Shown one piece after another: positions 1 through 9,460 of a stretch of DNA of 33,262 nt (its first letter is position 1; every line of letters begins with the position of its first letter). The translations under genes were made by a program, and so were the position numbers. The DNA comes from an uncultured Aquificales bacterium (GTDB taxonomy: Bacteria; Thermosulfidibacterota; Thermosulfidibacteria; Thermosulfidibacterales; Thermosulfidibacteraceae): NCBI GenBank assembly GCA_964411615.1, contig CAYPLO010000008.1, positions 1-33,262 of the forward strand. The letters are read 5' to 3'. The notes under the pieces were generated by a model. That model worked only from the letters and a program-made list of their open reading frames with translations, was not told where the DNA came from and ran no database searches.

Positions 1-156
1 TGCAGTATCTCCTACTGGTTTACTGAGGGTGGAACCGGGTGTTACAGAAACAGGAACCTCCTGCATCCCTTTGTTGAGAGGGGAAAGGATGTGAACTGCT
101 TCTCCCAGCTTGCCATGTTCCACGGGGCTCTGCCCAACCCCGACTTCCCCAGATAG
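1..156 (+). CDS. Possible 3' end of an unidentified ORF entering from the left edge (CSISYWFTEGG...PNPDFPR*)
   Basis: Frame 1 is open from base 1 to TAG at 154-156, ending 3 nt from the convergent hom stop. No recognisable motif. Confidence 0.4.
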   Translation, partial: CSISYWFTEGGTGCYRNRNLLHPFVERGKDVNCFSQLAMFHGALPNPDFPR

Positions 157-159
157 CTT

Positions 160-1476
160 CTACAGGTGGTTCTCTATCCTTATGAGGGTGGTGGGGCTGC
201 CTATGACGTCAAGCTGGTCTATCTCCTCTATGGCCTTTCTCATCTGGGATTCCGGCGCCTCATGGGTGGTCATCACTATGGGGACGTAGCCGGACACCTT
301 CCTCCCCTTCTGTATCACCGACTCTATGCTTATGTTGTGGCTTCCGAGTATGCCGGATATCTTTGAGAGCACCCCCGGTCTATCCAGGGCTGAGAACCTG
401 AGGTAGTATTTGGTCACTATCTCCTCTATGGGCTTCACCTTTATTTCTCCGTTGTGGGGAAAGCTGAAGCTGGGCTTCTTCCCAGCGCTTCCGGATGCTA
501 TCTTGCGGGCTATATCTATCACATCCGCCACCACGGCAGAGGCTGTGGGCATCATACCCGCTCCCATTCCGTAGTACATGGTGTCTCCTACGATGTCTCC
601 CACCACCATGAGGGCGTTGTAGGCTCCCCTCACCGTGGCTAAGGAGGATGCGAGGGGTATAAGGGTTGGATGGACCCTTATCTCAACCTTCGGCATGTGG
701 TTCTTTATGATGGCCAGAAGCTTCAGTCTGTATCCCAAATCCAGCGAGAAGATTACATCCAGATGGGTGACCTTTGATATGCCCTCAACGTACACATCCT
801 TCAGTTCAAAGATGGCGCCGAAGGCTAAGGAGGCAAGTATGGCCGCCTTGTGGGCCGCATCTATCCCTTCTATGTCAAGGGTTGGGTCTGCTTCGGCGTA
901 CCCCTTCGCCTGTGCCAGCCTTAGGGCCTCTTCAAAGTCCAGGTTCTCCTCCTCCATCTTGGTAAGTACGTAGTTGGCCGTTCCGTTGATTATGCCGTAT
1001 ATCTTCTCTATTCTGTTGGCCGCCAGACTCTCGCTAACGGTCTTTATTATGGGGATGCCTCCGGCCACGCTGGCCTCAAAGCCTATCTCTGCCTTATTGC
1101 TGAAGGCGGTCTCAAATACCTCTTTCCCCCTTTCTGCCAGAAGGGCCTTGTTTGCGGTGACCACGTGTTTGCCCTTTGAGAGGGCCCCTGTTATGAGGGT
1201 GTAGGCCGCATCCACCCCACCTATGAGCTCTATGACTATGTCAACGTCTCGGTCTTCAATGATATCGTTGAAGTCCCTGGTGGTTCTGAAGGGGGATAGG
1301 TCAATCCCTCTGTCCCTCTCAAGGTCTATATCGCATATCCACTTCAGCCTTACCGGTATTCCCGCCTTCTCGTCTATTATGCGTCCATTCTTGATGAAGG
1401 TCTTGACCACCCCCGTCCCTATGGTGCCAAGGCCAACAAGGGCTACTGAGATATGTTCTTTGGAACACTCACGCAT
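160..1476 (-). CDS. hom: Homoserine dehydrogenase with C-terminal ACT domain
   Basis: GLGTIGTG Rossmann motif, [40 protein letters not shown]-terminal [12 protein letters not shown] domain. Confidence 0.96.
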   Translation of the reverse strand: MRECSKEHISVALVGLGTIGTGVVKTFIKNGRIIDEKAGIPVRLKWICDIDLERDRGIDLSPFRTTRDFNDIIEDRDVDIVIELIGGVDAAYTLITGALSKGKHVVTANKALLAERGKEVFETAFSNKAEIGFEASVAGGIPIIKTVSESLAANRIEKIYGIINGTANYVLTKMEEENLDFEEALRLAQAKGYAEADPTLDIEGIDAAHKAAILASLAFGAIFELKDVYVEGISKVTHLDVIFSLDLGYRLKLLAIIKNHMPKVEIRVHPTLIPLASSLATVRGAYNALMVVGDIVGDTMYYGMGAGMMPTASAVVADVIDIARKIASGSAGKKPSFSFPHNGEIKVKPIEEIVTKYYLRFSALDRPGVLSKISGILGSHNISIESVIQKGRKVSGYVPIVMTTHEAPESQMRKAIEEIDQLDVIGSPTTLIRIENHL

Positions 1477-2663
1477 CTCTTCCTCACTCCCAGGTTGAGG
1501 GCCTTCTTTATACCCCTCAGGGCCTGCCTTATCCTGTGCTGATTCTCAACTAAGGCGAACCTCACATGGTTATCCCCGTTGTAGCCGAAGCCTATACCCG
1601 GAGCCACCGCCACCTTCGCCTCCCTCAACAGGAACAGGGAGAACTCTAAGGAGCCCATATGCTTGTACTCGTCAGGTATCTCTGCCCACACGAACATGGT
1701 TCCCTTTGGCTTTTCCACCTTCCAGCCCATACGGTTCAGACCGTTTACGAGCACGTCCCTCCTCTTCCTGTAGGTCTCCACTATCTCCTTCACACACTCC
1801 TGGGGACCGTTTAGGGCTATTATTGAGGCTATCTGTATGGGCTGGAATATGCCGTAATCGTAGTAGCTTTTGAGTCTCGCCAGGGCCTCTATGGCCTTGG
1901 CGTTGCCGCAGGCGAAACCCACCCTCCAGCCGGCCATGCTGTAGCTCTTGGAGAGGGAGAATATCTCAACGGCCACTTCCTTTGCACCGGGAACCTGCAG
2001 GATGCTGGGGGCTACGTAACCGTCAAAGGTGAGGTCGGCGTAGGCGAAGTCGTGTATCACCAGCATGTTGTGCTCTTTGGCGAAGTCCACCACCTTCTTG
2101 AAGAAGTCCAGGTCAACCACCGTTGTTGTGGGGTTGTGTGGGAAGCTTATTATGAGTATCTCGGGCACAGGCCATGTCTGCTTTATGGCCATCATCATCT
2201 TGTCAAAGAAGTCCTCATCGGGTGATAGAGGCACGGTCCTTATATCCCCTCCCGCTATTATGGAGCAGTAGGTGTGTATGGGGTATGTTGGGGTTGGCAC
2301 AAGGGCTATGTCTCCGGGTCTTATGATGGCCAAGGTGAGGTGGGCTATGGCCTCTTTAGCACCTATGGTGACTATAGCCTCCGTCTCCGGGTCTATCTCA
2401 ACCTGGTAGCGCCTCTTGTACCAGTTGGCTATTGCCTCCCTGAGCTTGGGGATACCCTTAGACACTGAGTACCTGTGGTTTTTGGGGTTTCTGGCTGCCT
2501 CAATGAGCTTGTCCACTATGTGCTTCGGGGTTGGAAGGTCTGGATTTCCCATGCCCAGGTCTATTATGTCTTCCCCCCTTCTTCTGGCCTGGTATTTGAG
2601 CTCGTTCACCACGGCAAATACGTAGGGCGGCAACCTCTTGATGCGCAGAAACTCCCTCTCCAT
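1443..2663 (-). CDS. alaC: Class I/II PLP aminotransferase, AlaC/YfdZ-like (LL-DAP aminotransferase-related)
   Basis: [45 protein letters not shown] (PLP Lys), VRFALVEN. Start moved to ATG 2663, which has GGAGG 8 nt upstream. Confidence 0.8.
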   Translation of the reverse strand: MEREFLRIKRLPPYVFAVVNELKYQARRRGEDIIDLGMGNPDLPTPKHIVDKLIEAARNPKNHRYSVSKGIPKLREAIANWYKRRYQVEIDPETEAIVTIGAKEAIAHLTLAIIRPGDIALVPTPTYPIHTYCSIIAGGDIRTVPLSPDEDFFDKMMMAIKQTWPVPEILIISFPHNPTTTVVDLDFFKKVVDFAKEHNMLVIHDFAYADLTFDGYVAPSILQVPGAKEVAVEIFSLSKSYSMAGWRVGFACGNAKAIEALARLKSYYDYGIFQPIQIASIIALNGPQECVKEIVETYRKRRDVLVNGLNRMGWKVEKPKGTMFVWAEIPDEYKHMGSLEFSLFLLREAKVAVAPGIGFGYNGDNHVRFALVENQHRIRQALRGIKKALNLGVRKRCVSVPKNISQ

Positions 2664-2725
2664 AGAGCAGCCTCCGAAGGGTGATAGTTGCAAGGATATA
2701 CATTTTGTGCCTATTTTCAAGAGAG

Positions 2726-3583
2726 ATGGACAAGAGGGTGTGGACGGTTAGGGATGTGCTGGACTGGACCGTTAGGTTCCTTACAGAGAAGGGGCTTCCC
2801 TCCCCCCGACAGGATGTTGAGTACATGCTCTCCTATGTGCTCAGGACCACCCGTATGAACCTGTATATGCAGCTTGATAGGCCCATGAGCAGGGCCGAGC
2901 TCAGCCTTTTTAAGAGTCTGGTGAAGAGAAGGCTCAAGAGGGAGCCTCTCCAGTACATCACCGGGGTAGCGTATCTGTGGAAGTACGAGTTTCTCGTGGA
3001 GAGGGGGGTGTTCATCCCCAGGAGGGAGACCGAGACCCTTATAGAGGTGGTTCTGGGCAACCTTAGGGGTAGGGAGGCCTTTATCGTGGATGTGGGAGTT
3101 GGCACAGGGTGCGTGCTTCTTTCGGTGTTGAAGGATAACCCGATGCTTAGGGGGGTGGGTGTTGATATATCCCCTAAGGCCCTGGAGGTCTTTTACAAGA
3201 ACAGGGCCAGGCTGGAGCTTTCCCGCAGGGCCTGGGGGGTGAGGGGAGATTGCTTGTCCCCCTTTGGCTACGGGGTCTTTGACGCTGTGGTCTCCAACCC
3301 TCCCTATGTGAAGACTTCGGAGATTGATAAGCTCCAGGATGAGATTTCAAAGTACGAGCCCCGCCAGGCCATAGACGGTGGAAGCGACGGGCTCTTCTTT
3401 ATAAGGCGTCTGGTTAGGGAGGCCTATGATAGATTGAAGGTTGGAGGTTTCTTGGCTCTTGAGGTGGGAGAGGGGCAGGCTCAGGGGGTGAGGTACCTCA
3501 TGAAGGGGGCGGGCTTTTCAAAGACTGAGGTGAGCAGGGACCTTTCTGGTATAGAGAGGGTGGTTGTGGGATGGAAGCTTTAG
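2726..3583 (+). CDS. prmC: Release factor glutamine methyltransferase (HemK/PrmC)
   Basis: [28 protein letters not shown] motif, SNPPY, GGSDGL. Start moved to ATG 2726. Confidence 0.95.
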   Translation: MDKRVWTVRDVLDWTVRFLTEKGLPSPRQDVEYMLSYVLRTTRMNLYMQLDRPMSRAELSLFKSLVKRRLKREPLQYITGVAYLWKYEFLVERGVFIPRRETETLIEVVLGNLRGREAFIVDVGVGTGCVLLSVLKDNPMLRGVGVDISPKALEVFYKNRARLELSRRAWGVRGDCLSPFGYGVFDAVVSNPPYVKTSEIDKLQDEISKYEPRQAIDGGSDGLFFIRRLVREAYDRLKVGGFLALEVGEGQAQGVRYLMKGAGFSKTEVSRDLSGIERVVVGWKL

Positions 3584-4833
3584 TGATTAAGGGGGGGAGG
3601 AGACTGAAGGGCAGGGTCAGGGTTAGCGGGGCGAAGAACGCCGTTCTTCCTATAATGGCCGCCTCTCTGCTCACCCAGGAGGAGTGCGTTATAAGGAACG
3701 TTCCAAGGCTGAGGGATGTGAGGACCATGGCGGCCCTCCTTGAGGAGTTGGGAGTGGATGTGGGCTGGTACGGTGATGTGCTGAGGCTCAAGGCGGGAAA
3801 AATAAAGAGCCCTGTGGCTCCCTACGAGCTGGTCAGGACCATGAGGGCCTCCGTTCTGGTGCTGGGGCCCCTTGTGGCGAGGGAGGGGTATGCGAGGGTA
3901 TCTCTTCCCGGTGGTTGTGCCATAGGGGAGAGGCCCATAGACCTGCATATAGAGGGATTGAGAACCCTGGGTGCCCATGTGGAGCTTGACAGGGGGTATG
4001 TGGTGGCTAAGGCACCGAGATTGAAGGGGGGGATTTTCGTCTTTGACAAGGTTACCGTCACAGGAACGGAGAACCTGCTCATGGCCGCTGTGCTTGCAGA
4101 GGGGGAGAGCGTCTTTGAGAACGTGGCCTTGGAGCCGGAGGTCTGGGACCTGGTGGAGGTCCTTGTGAAGATGGGTGCGAAGATAGAGAGGTTCAACGGT
4201 AACTGCGTGAGGGTTCAGGGGGTGGACGAGCTTTCAGGCTTTGAGCATGAGGTTATGCCGGACAGGATAGAGGCTGCCACCTTCCTGATTGCCGGTGCCA
4301 TGGCGGGGGAGGAGGTGGTGGTTGAGGGGGCGGTGAAAGAGCACCTTCTGGCGGTTCTATCAAAGCTGTCCCAGTGTGGGGTTAGGGTGGAGGAGGTGGA
4401 TGGGGGGCTCAAGGTTTACGGATGCGATACCATAAGGGCCGTTGATGTGGAGACATCTCCCTATCCGGGTTTTCCCACCGATGTGCAGGCCCAGTACATG
4501 GCCATGATGTGTGTGGCTGAAGGCACCTCTGTTATAAGGGAGAACATCTTTCCCAAGAGGTTTCTGCATGCTGCTGAGCTCAAGAGGATGGGGGCCGATA
4601 TAACCGTTGAGGTGGGAAGGGCCGTTGTTAAAGGGGTTGATAGGCTCCTGGGAGCTCCCGTTATGGCCAGCGATTTGAGGGCGAGCTCTTCCCTTGTGCT
4701 TGCGGGTCTTGTGGCTGAAGGGGAGACTACGGTATTGAGGATATACCATCTGGACAGGGGATACGAGGATTTTGACGGCAAACTCAGGTCCCTCGGGGCC
4801 TGCGTTGAGAGGGTGAAGGTCCCCGGTGTTTAG
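3571..4833 (+). CDS. murA: UDP-N-acetylglucosamine 1-carboxyvinyltransferase
   Basis: [28 protein letters not shown] (catalytic Cys), [21 protein letters not shown]. Confidence 0.97.
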   Translation: MEALVIKGGRRLKGRVRVSGAKNAVLPIMAASLLTQEECVIRNVPRLRDVRTMAALLEELGVDVGWYGDVLRLKAGKIKSPVAPYELVRTMRASVLVLGPLVAREGYARVSLPGGCAIGERPIDLHIEGLRTLGAHVELDRGYVVAKAPRLKGGIFVFDKVTVTGTENLLMAAVLAEGESVFENVALEPEVWDLVEVLVKMGAKIERFNGNCVRVQGVDELSGFEHEVMPDRIEAATFLIAGAMAGEEVVVEGAVKEHLLAVLSKLSQCGVRVEEVDGGLKVYGCDTIRAVDVETSPYPGFPTDVQAQYMAMMCVAEGTSVIRENIFPKRFLHAAELKRMGADITVEVGRAVVKGVDRLLGAPVMASDLRASSSLVLAGLVAEGETTVLRIYHLDRGYEDFDGKLRSLGACVERVKVPGV

Positions 4834-4854
4834 CACCTTCTTCGGAGGTTGTTG

Positions 4855-5475
4855 ATGCTGAGGCTGGCCCTTGCGAAGGGCAGGTTGCTGGAGGAGTCCC
4901 TGAAGCTCTTTGGCAGGGTTGGTGTGGACCTGTCGGTTATTCGCAGGGAGAAGAGAAGACTTAAGTTCTCCTTTCCCCAGTATGGCCTTGAGGTCATGAT
5001 AGTTAAGCCCATGGATGTTACCACTTACGTGGAGTATGGGGTGGCGGATGTTGGGGTTGCGGGTAAAGACGTGATAGTTGAGACCAGAGCCGATGTTTAC
5101 GAGCCTCTGGATTTGGGTTTTGGCTACTGCCGTATGGTGGTGGCCCAGCCTCAGGATGCTTCCCTACCCAGGTACGGGCTGGGGTTGAAGGTGGCCACCA
5201 AGTACCCCAGGATAGCAGAGAGGCACTACGGTAAGAAGGGGATACCGGTTGACATAATCCACCTTTACGGTTCCGTGGAGCTTGCCCCCATAGTGGGCCT
5301 TGCCCATCAGATAGTGGACCTGGTGGAGACGGGGACCACCTTGAGGGAGAACCGGCTGGTTGAGGTTGAGACCATAATGGAGGTTACCGCCCGCCTCATA
5401 GTGAATCGCTCCAGCATGAGGGTGAAGCACGGAGAAATAAAAAGCTTCATAGACTCTGTGGAGTCTGCTCTCTAA
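4855..5475 (+). CDS. hisG: ATP phosphoribosyltransferase, short (HisZ-dependent) form
   Basis: LALAKGRL, ADVGVAGKD, VATKYP, GSVELAP, DLVETGTTLREN. About 206 aa with no regulatory C-terminal domain. GGAGG at 4844-4848. Confidence 0.95.
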   Translation: MLRLALAKGRLLEESLKLFGRVGVDLSVIRREKRRLKFSFPQYGLEVMIVKPMDVTTYVEYGVADVGVAGKDVIVETRADVYEPLDLGFGYCRMVVAQPQDASLPRYGLGLKVATKYPRIAERHYGKKGIPVDIIHLYGSVELAPIVGLAHQIVDLVETGTTLRENRLVEVETIMEVTARLIVNRSSMRVKHGEIKSFIDSVESAL

Positions 5476-5490
5476 GCCCTTTCCGCAACT

Positions 5491-5516
5491 ATCAAACACC
5501 GTTATTGGTGTTTGGT
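5491..5516. terminator. Inverted repeat after hisG (terminator hairpin or operator)
   Basis: CAAACACC-gttatt-GGTGTTTG, perfect 8-bp arms at 5493-5514, extendable with a G-U pair. No immediate U-tract. Confidence 0.5.
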
Positions 5517-5546
5517 CAGAGCAAAAGTTTTTTGTGCTCACTATCA

Positions 5547-5576
5547 TTGACACCGCTTAAAATTTTACGGTAGAAC
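5547..5576 (+). promoter_or_regulatory. Putative sigma70 promoter of the acyl-CoA dehydrogenase
   Basis: TTGACA (5547-5552), 18 nt, TAGAAC (5571-5576), in an AT-rich intergenic gap. GGAGG RBS downstream. Confidence 0.55.
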
Positions 5577-5608
5577 TTAACAAAGTCCACCATGCGGGAG
5601 GTGTAAAA

Positions 5609-6799
5609 ATGGATTTTGAGCTTAGGGAAGAGCATAAGATTATGATTCAGACGGCCCGTAAGATAGCCAAGGACTTTCCCCCCGATTACTGGCTTGAGAA
5701 GGAGGAGAGGGGAGAGTTCGGGCAGGAGTTCTGGAAGGCCATAAGTGATGCTGGATTCCTCGGCATAATGATTCCCGAGGAGTACGGTGGGTCCGGTCTG
5801 GGGCTTACGGAGCTGTATCTGGTGATAAAGGAGCTCTGTGAGGGTGGATGTGGTATGGCGGGCAATTGGTACATATGTCTTACGGAGGTCTTTGGTGCCA
5901 TTCCCATAGCAAAGTTCGGGACAGAGCAGCAGAAGAAGAAGTACCTGCCCAAGATAGCCACGGGAGAGCTTGAGTTCTGTATGGCTCTTACGGAGCCCAA
6001 CGCCGGGTCCAATACCTTCCGTATAGAGACCTTTGCGAAAAGGGAGGGGAACAGGTTCATCGTTAACGGGACCAAGATATTCATCTCCGGTGCCGATAGA
6101 GCTAAAGGGATGTTGCTTATAGCCAGAACCCTGAAGCCCGAGGAGGCCAAGAGCAAGACCGAGGGACTAACCCTCTTTCTGGTGGATCTGCCCAACGACG
6201 CCGTAAAGGTGAGCCCCATACCCAAGCACGGCATAAACTACTCCAAGACCTGTGAGGTGGCCATAGAGGACCTTGAGCTTACCGAGGATGATATACTGGG
6301 TGGACCTGAGAATCTTCACAAGGGGTGGCAGCAGCTGGTTTACGTGCTGGACCCCGAGCGTCTCGTATTCTCCGCTGCCGCCATAGGTATAGGTAACCTG
6401 GCCATAAGAACCGCCGTTGAGTACGCCAATCAGAGGAAGGTCTTTTCTGACCCCATAGGTTCCTATCAGGCCCTTCAACACCCTCTGGCCCAGGCCTACT
6501 GCGAGCTCGCCTGCGCCGATGTTATGGCGTTAAAGGCGGCCTGGCTATTTGACAGAAACGCCCATTACAGGGAGATAGGTGCTGCCGCCAATATAGCCAA
6601 GACGGTGGCTGTTGAGGCCGCCTTTAAGGCTGTGTACTGGGCCATGCAGGCCCATGGCGGCTACGGATACGCCAAGGAGTATCACGTTGAGCGCTGGTGG
6701 AGGGAGATAAATCTCATAAGGCTGGCCCCTGTCACCCAGCAGATGGCCTTGAACTACATAGCCCAGCACATCCTGGGGCTTCCCAAGAGTTACAGGTAG
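5609..6799 (+). CDS. Acyl-CoA dehydrogenase family protein
   Basis: IPEEYGGSG, FGTEQQKKKYLP, ALTEPNAGS, NGTKIFIS, ER motif in LDPERL, QAHGGYGY, C-terminal LGLPKSY. Confidence 0.93.
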   Translation: MDFELREEHKIMIQTARKIAKDFPPDYWLEKEERGEFGQEFWKAISDAGFLGIMIPEEYGGSGLGLTELYLVIKELCEGGCGMAGNWYICLTEVFGAIPIAKFGTEQQKKKYLPKIATGELEFCMALTEPNAGSNTFRIETFAKREGNRFIVNGTKIFISGADRAKGMLLIARTLKPEEAKSKTEGLTLFLVDLPNDAVKVSPIPKHGINYSKTCEVAIEDLELTEDDILGGPENLHKGWQQLVYVLDPERLVFSAAAIGIGNLAIRTAVEYANQRKVFSDPIGSYQALQHPLAQAYCELACADVMALKAAWLFDRNAHYREIGAAANIAKTVAVEAAFKAVYWAMQAHGGYGYAKEYHVERWWREINLIRLAPVTQQMALNYIAQHILGLPKSYR

Positions 6800-6804
6800 G
6801 TTGT

Positions 6805-6826
6805 GGAGGGGGAATTGTCCCCCTCC
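6805..6826. terminator. Hairpin between convergent genes, probably a bidirectional terminator
   Basis: GGAGGGGGA-attg-TCCCCCTCC, a 9-bp stem filling the gap between the two stop codons. Confidence 0.7.
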
Positions 6827-6827
6827 C

Positions 6828-7238
6828 TTATATCTTTATCTGGAGGGCCTTGAAGGGGCATACGGGAACGCACAGCTCGCACCCTACACATTTCTCTTTG
6901 TCAAAAATCACCTTCATGCTCTCTCTGTCCAGGTAGAGGGCGCTTGTGGGGCATATGGCAGTGCATGCCCCACAGTGGGTGCACAGCTCTTCGTTCTTCT
7001 CTATGTCCGAGGCTAGGAATCTTACCCCCACACCTATCTCCTTGAGGAACTCTATGCCCCTGTTGAAGTCCTCCTCTTCGCCCATTAGCTCTATCACCAT
7101 AAGCCCCTGCTCGTTTGGGGTTATCTTCGCCTTCAGTATGTTGAACATGAGGTGGTGTCTTGAGTGCAGGGTGTATATGATGGGTTTGTCCCAGGTGTGT
7201 TTTGGAAAGGTTAGAACCACCTTCTTGGCTATCTTCAC
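6828..7238 (-). CDS. NIL domain + 2x[4Fe-4S] ferredoxin protein
   Basis: N-terminal NIL domain (KPIIYTL...FNILKAKITPNEQGLMVIEL), then CTHCGACTAICP and CVGCELCVPVCP. GTG 7238 preceded by GGAGG. Confidence 0.9.
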   Translation of the reverse strand: MKIAKKVVLTFPKHTWDKPIIYTLHSRHHLMFNILKAKITPNEQGLMVIELMGEEEDFNRGIEFLKEIGVGVRFLASDIEKNEELCTHCGACTAICPTSALYLDRESMKVIFDKEKCVGCELCVPVCPFKALQIKI

Positions 7239-7239
7239 C

Positions 7240-8109
7240 TCACTCCTCCCATGTGGCAAGTCTATCGATAACTTTTGGTATAAGCCATGTTGCCATCTCT
7301 CTCAATGAGCCTCCTGCAAGTACCACCTGTAGCCTGTCCTGGGTGTGTTCCTCAGCAAAGCCCTTAACCATGTCCGCTATCTTCAAGAAGCACTCCCTGC
7401 TCAGCCCCAAGCTTCCGTAGTCTCCCCTGTAGGTGTCAAAGCCCATGTACCAGAAGAAAAGATGGTGGGAGAACTGTGAGGCTATGTCAAGGGCCTTCTC
7501 CACCAGTTTAATATAGGCGGTGTCGGGGTCTCCCCCGTAGGTCACCCATGTTGCATCAAAGTCGTATCTTAATCCGTCGTCGCTCTTCCATTCCCTGTCG
7601 CATAGGCACAGGTGGAGGGTGCCTCTGTCGCCGTTCAGCTCCAGAAGCTGTCTGGTTCCATCTCCGTGATGGGCATCTGTGTCCAGAATCACAAAACGTG
7701 TATCCTTACCGAACTTATCCCTCGCATTGGTTATGGCCAGTATCACGTCGTTGAAGCAGCAGGCGCCCCAGAAGTAGTCCCTGCCGGCATGATGCCCTCC
7801 GCACCCTATGAAGCAGAAGGCGTTTATAAGCTCTCCCGATAGTATCTTTTCTGTGGCCTCCACCACTCCCCCTGCACTCTCATAGGCGGTGGAGCATAGT
7901 GGAACCCGCTCAACCTCCTCTATCATCTCGGGTATATGTATCCTCTCAACCAGGGTCCTTTCCACTGGACGGCAGGTAAACATGCGGATGTTTTCCCTCT
8001 CTATTATGGGTAACAGGGCATCGGGAAAGTCGGCCAGCCTGTTGCCCGATGTAAGGTAGCTTTTTCTGCTGAAGCTTGGATGATAGAATACCCCTGTTAT
8101 TCTGTTCAA
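7240..8109 (-). CDS. Histone deacetylase-fold (Zn-dependent amidohydrolase) protein, atypical active site
   Basis: GGHHAG, ILDTDAHHGDGT, GFDTYRGD, LAGGS. TTG start overlaps the thioesterase stop by 4 nt. Confidence 0.85.
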   Translation of the reverse strand: MNRITGVFYHPSFSRKSYLTSGNRLADFPDALLPIIERENIRMFTCRPVERTLVERIHIPEMIEEVERVPLCSTAYESAGGVVEATEKILSGELINAFCFIGCGGHHAGRDYFWGACCFNDVILAITNARDKFGKDTRFVILDTDAHHGDGTRQLLELNGDRGTLHLCLCDREWKSDDGLRYDFDATWVTYGGDPDTAYIKLVEKALDIASQFSHHLFFWYMGFDTYRGDYGSLGLSRECFLKIADMVKGFAEEHTQDRLQVVLAGGSLREMATWLIPKVIDRLATWEE

Positions 8110-8492
8110 ATCCCCTCTCCGAGCTTTCTTATCTCTTCGGGAAGCTCCCTCTTGTTCCAGTCTCTGTCTATGCAGGCAAAGGTCAGTGACAGCTCCGCCA
8201 CAGGTGTATGGTCCTCCCTGAACTCTATCTTGAAGGTTATGGAGCTTCTTCCCACCCTCTCCACAGATACGTGGGCTATGAGGTATGCCGGGTATCTGAC
8301 GGGTCTTGTGAACCTTCCAGAGGATGCCACAACGGGCATACCGAACTCTTCGTTCCTGAAGAACCAGGAGGGCTCTATATCCTTCTCCCTCAGAAAGTCC
8401 TCAACGGCCTGATGGGCGAACCTGTGGTAGGTGGAGTAATAGACCACACCATACGGGTCTGTGTCCCCGAACCTTATCCAGAATCCCCCCAT
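8106..8492 (-). CDS. Hotdog-fold acyl-CoA thioesterase (4HBT/YbgC family)
   Basis: RFGDTDPYGVVYY (catalytic Asp), FTRPVRY, VERVGRSSITF, ELPEEIR. Confidence 0.9.
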   Translation of the reverse strand: MGGFWIRFGDTDPYGVVYYSTYHRFAHQAVEDFLREKDIEPSWFFRNEEFGMPVVASSGRFTRPVRYPAYLIAHVSVERVGRSSITFKIEFREDHTPVAELSLTFACIDRDWNKRELPEEIRKLGEGI

Positions 8493-8500
8493 GGGGGAGC

Positions 8501-9460
8501 TTATACCGTAATCGGGGCCTCCTGGGCAACCTCTTTCAGGACTGTACAGGTTCTCTTCTCCCTCTCTGCGTCCCTCTCTCTGGCTATCTCCTCCAGTTCC
8601 CTCCTGTATCTGTCTTTATCTGGCAGGTACCCTTTGAGGACTATCAGGTCTATAACCTCCCTGTAGAAGGCCACTATTCTGCCTATCAGTGCCGGGTTGT
8701 ACTCTCTCCCCTGTATCTTGAGGCAGTCAACTCCCGCCTCTATCCACTCCTCAAGATTATCAAAGGCCAGGAACATGTCGTTTCTCAGCTCTACCCTCTT
8801 ACCTTCCCAGCTCCAGCTGGCCTTACATATCCTGTGGCAGTAGCCTCCCCTGTTTGGGCTTCCGTGGAAATGGTTCTTGCCGAACTCGTCGTAGACCCAC
8901 TGGTGTTTGAAGTAGCTGCTCATCAGGCATTTGCCCAGGTAGGTGAAACAGGTGTTTGAGTGCAGGAAGACCTCAACCCCCACCGGGACCTGTTCCTTTA
9001 TCTCCCTGACCTCCTGTGGGGTGAGGTTACAGGGCATCACTATCATGTCGGCGCCAAGCTCTCTGTAGAATTTCATATCTTCAATGTTCACAGCGTTCAT
9101 TCCTGCACTCACATGCACCTCAAGGGATGGGGCTATCTCCTTTATCACAGGTATCGCTCCCACATCGTTTATGATGACTCCAGCCACACCTATGCGGGAA
9201 AGTTCCCTTATGGCATTTCTGAACATGGGATACTCAAGGCTTGAGAAGGCGCTGTTTATGGCCACCCTCACCTGGGCTTTGTGAGATTCCGCCTCTTCTA
9301 CAATCCTCTCTATCTGTTCAAGCCTGAGCTCGTACTCCTTGGTCCTTCTGCTCCAGCCGTAAAGGCCCACGTAAACGGCATCTGCCCCTGCCTCAAAGCA
9401 GGCTCTGGCCATCTCTACACTACCGCCAGGCCCCAAAAGGGAGACCTTACCTTGCCTCAT
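8501..9460 (-). CDS. U32 family Fe-S protein C (UbiU-like putative O2-independent hydroxylase subunit)
   Basis: LLGPGG, AGADAVYVG, VHVS, EVFLHSNTCFTYLGKCLMSSY...SPNRGGYCHRIC (4 Cys), GVDCLKIQGR. ATG 9460 preceded by AGGAGG. Confidence 0.9.
   Translation of the reverse strand: MRQGKVSLLGPGGSVEMARACFEAGADAVYVGLYGWSRRTKEYELRLEQIERIVEEAESHKAQVRVAINSAFSSLEYPMFRNAIRELSRIGVAGVIINDVGAIPVIKEIAPSLEVHVSAGMNAVNIEDMKFYRELGADMIVMPCNLTPQEVREIKEQVPVGVEVFLHSNTCFTYLGKCLMSSYFKHQWVYDEFGKNHFHGSPNRGGYCHRICKASWSWEGKRVELRNDMFLAFDNLEEWIEAGVDCLKIQGREYNPALIGRIVAFYREVIDLIVLKGYLPDKDRYRRELEEIARERDAEREKRTCTVLKEVAQEAPITV

Noticed and set aside
2664..2725. Divergent promoters between the aminotransferase and prmC (TTGCAA...TATTTT)
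   Set aside because: Promoters must lie here, but the box matches are too weak to assign coordinates.
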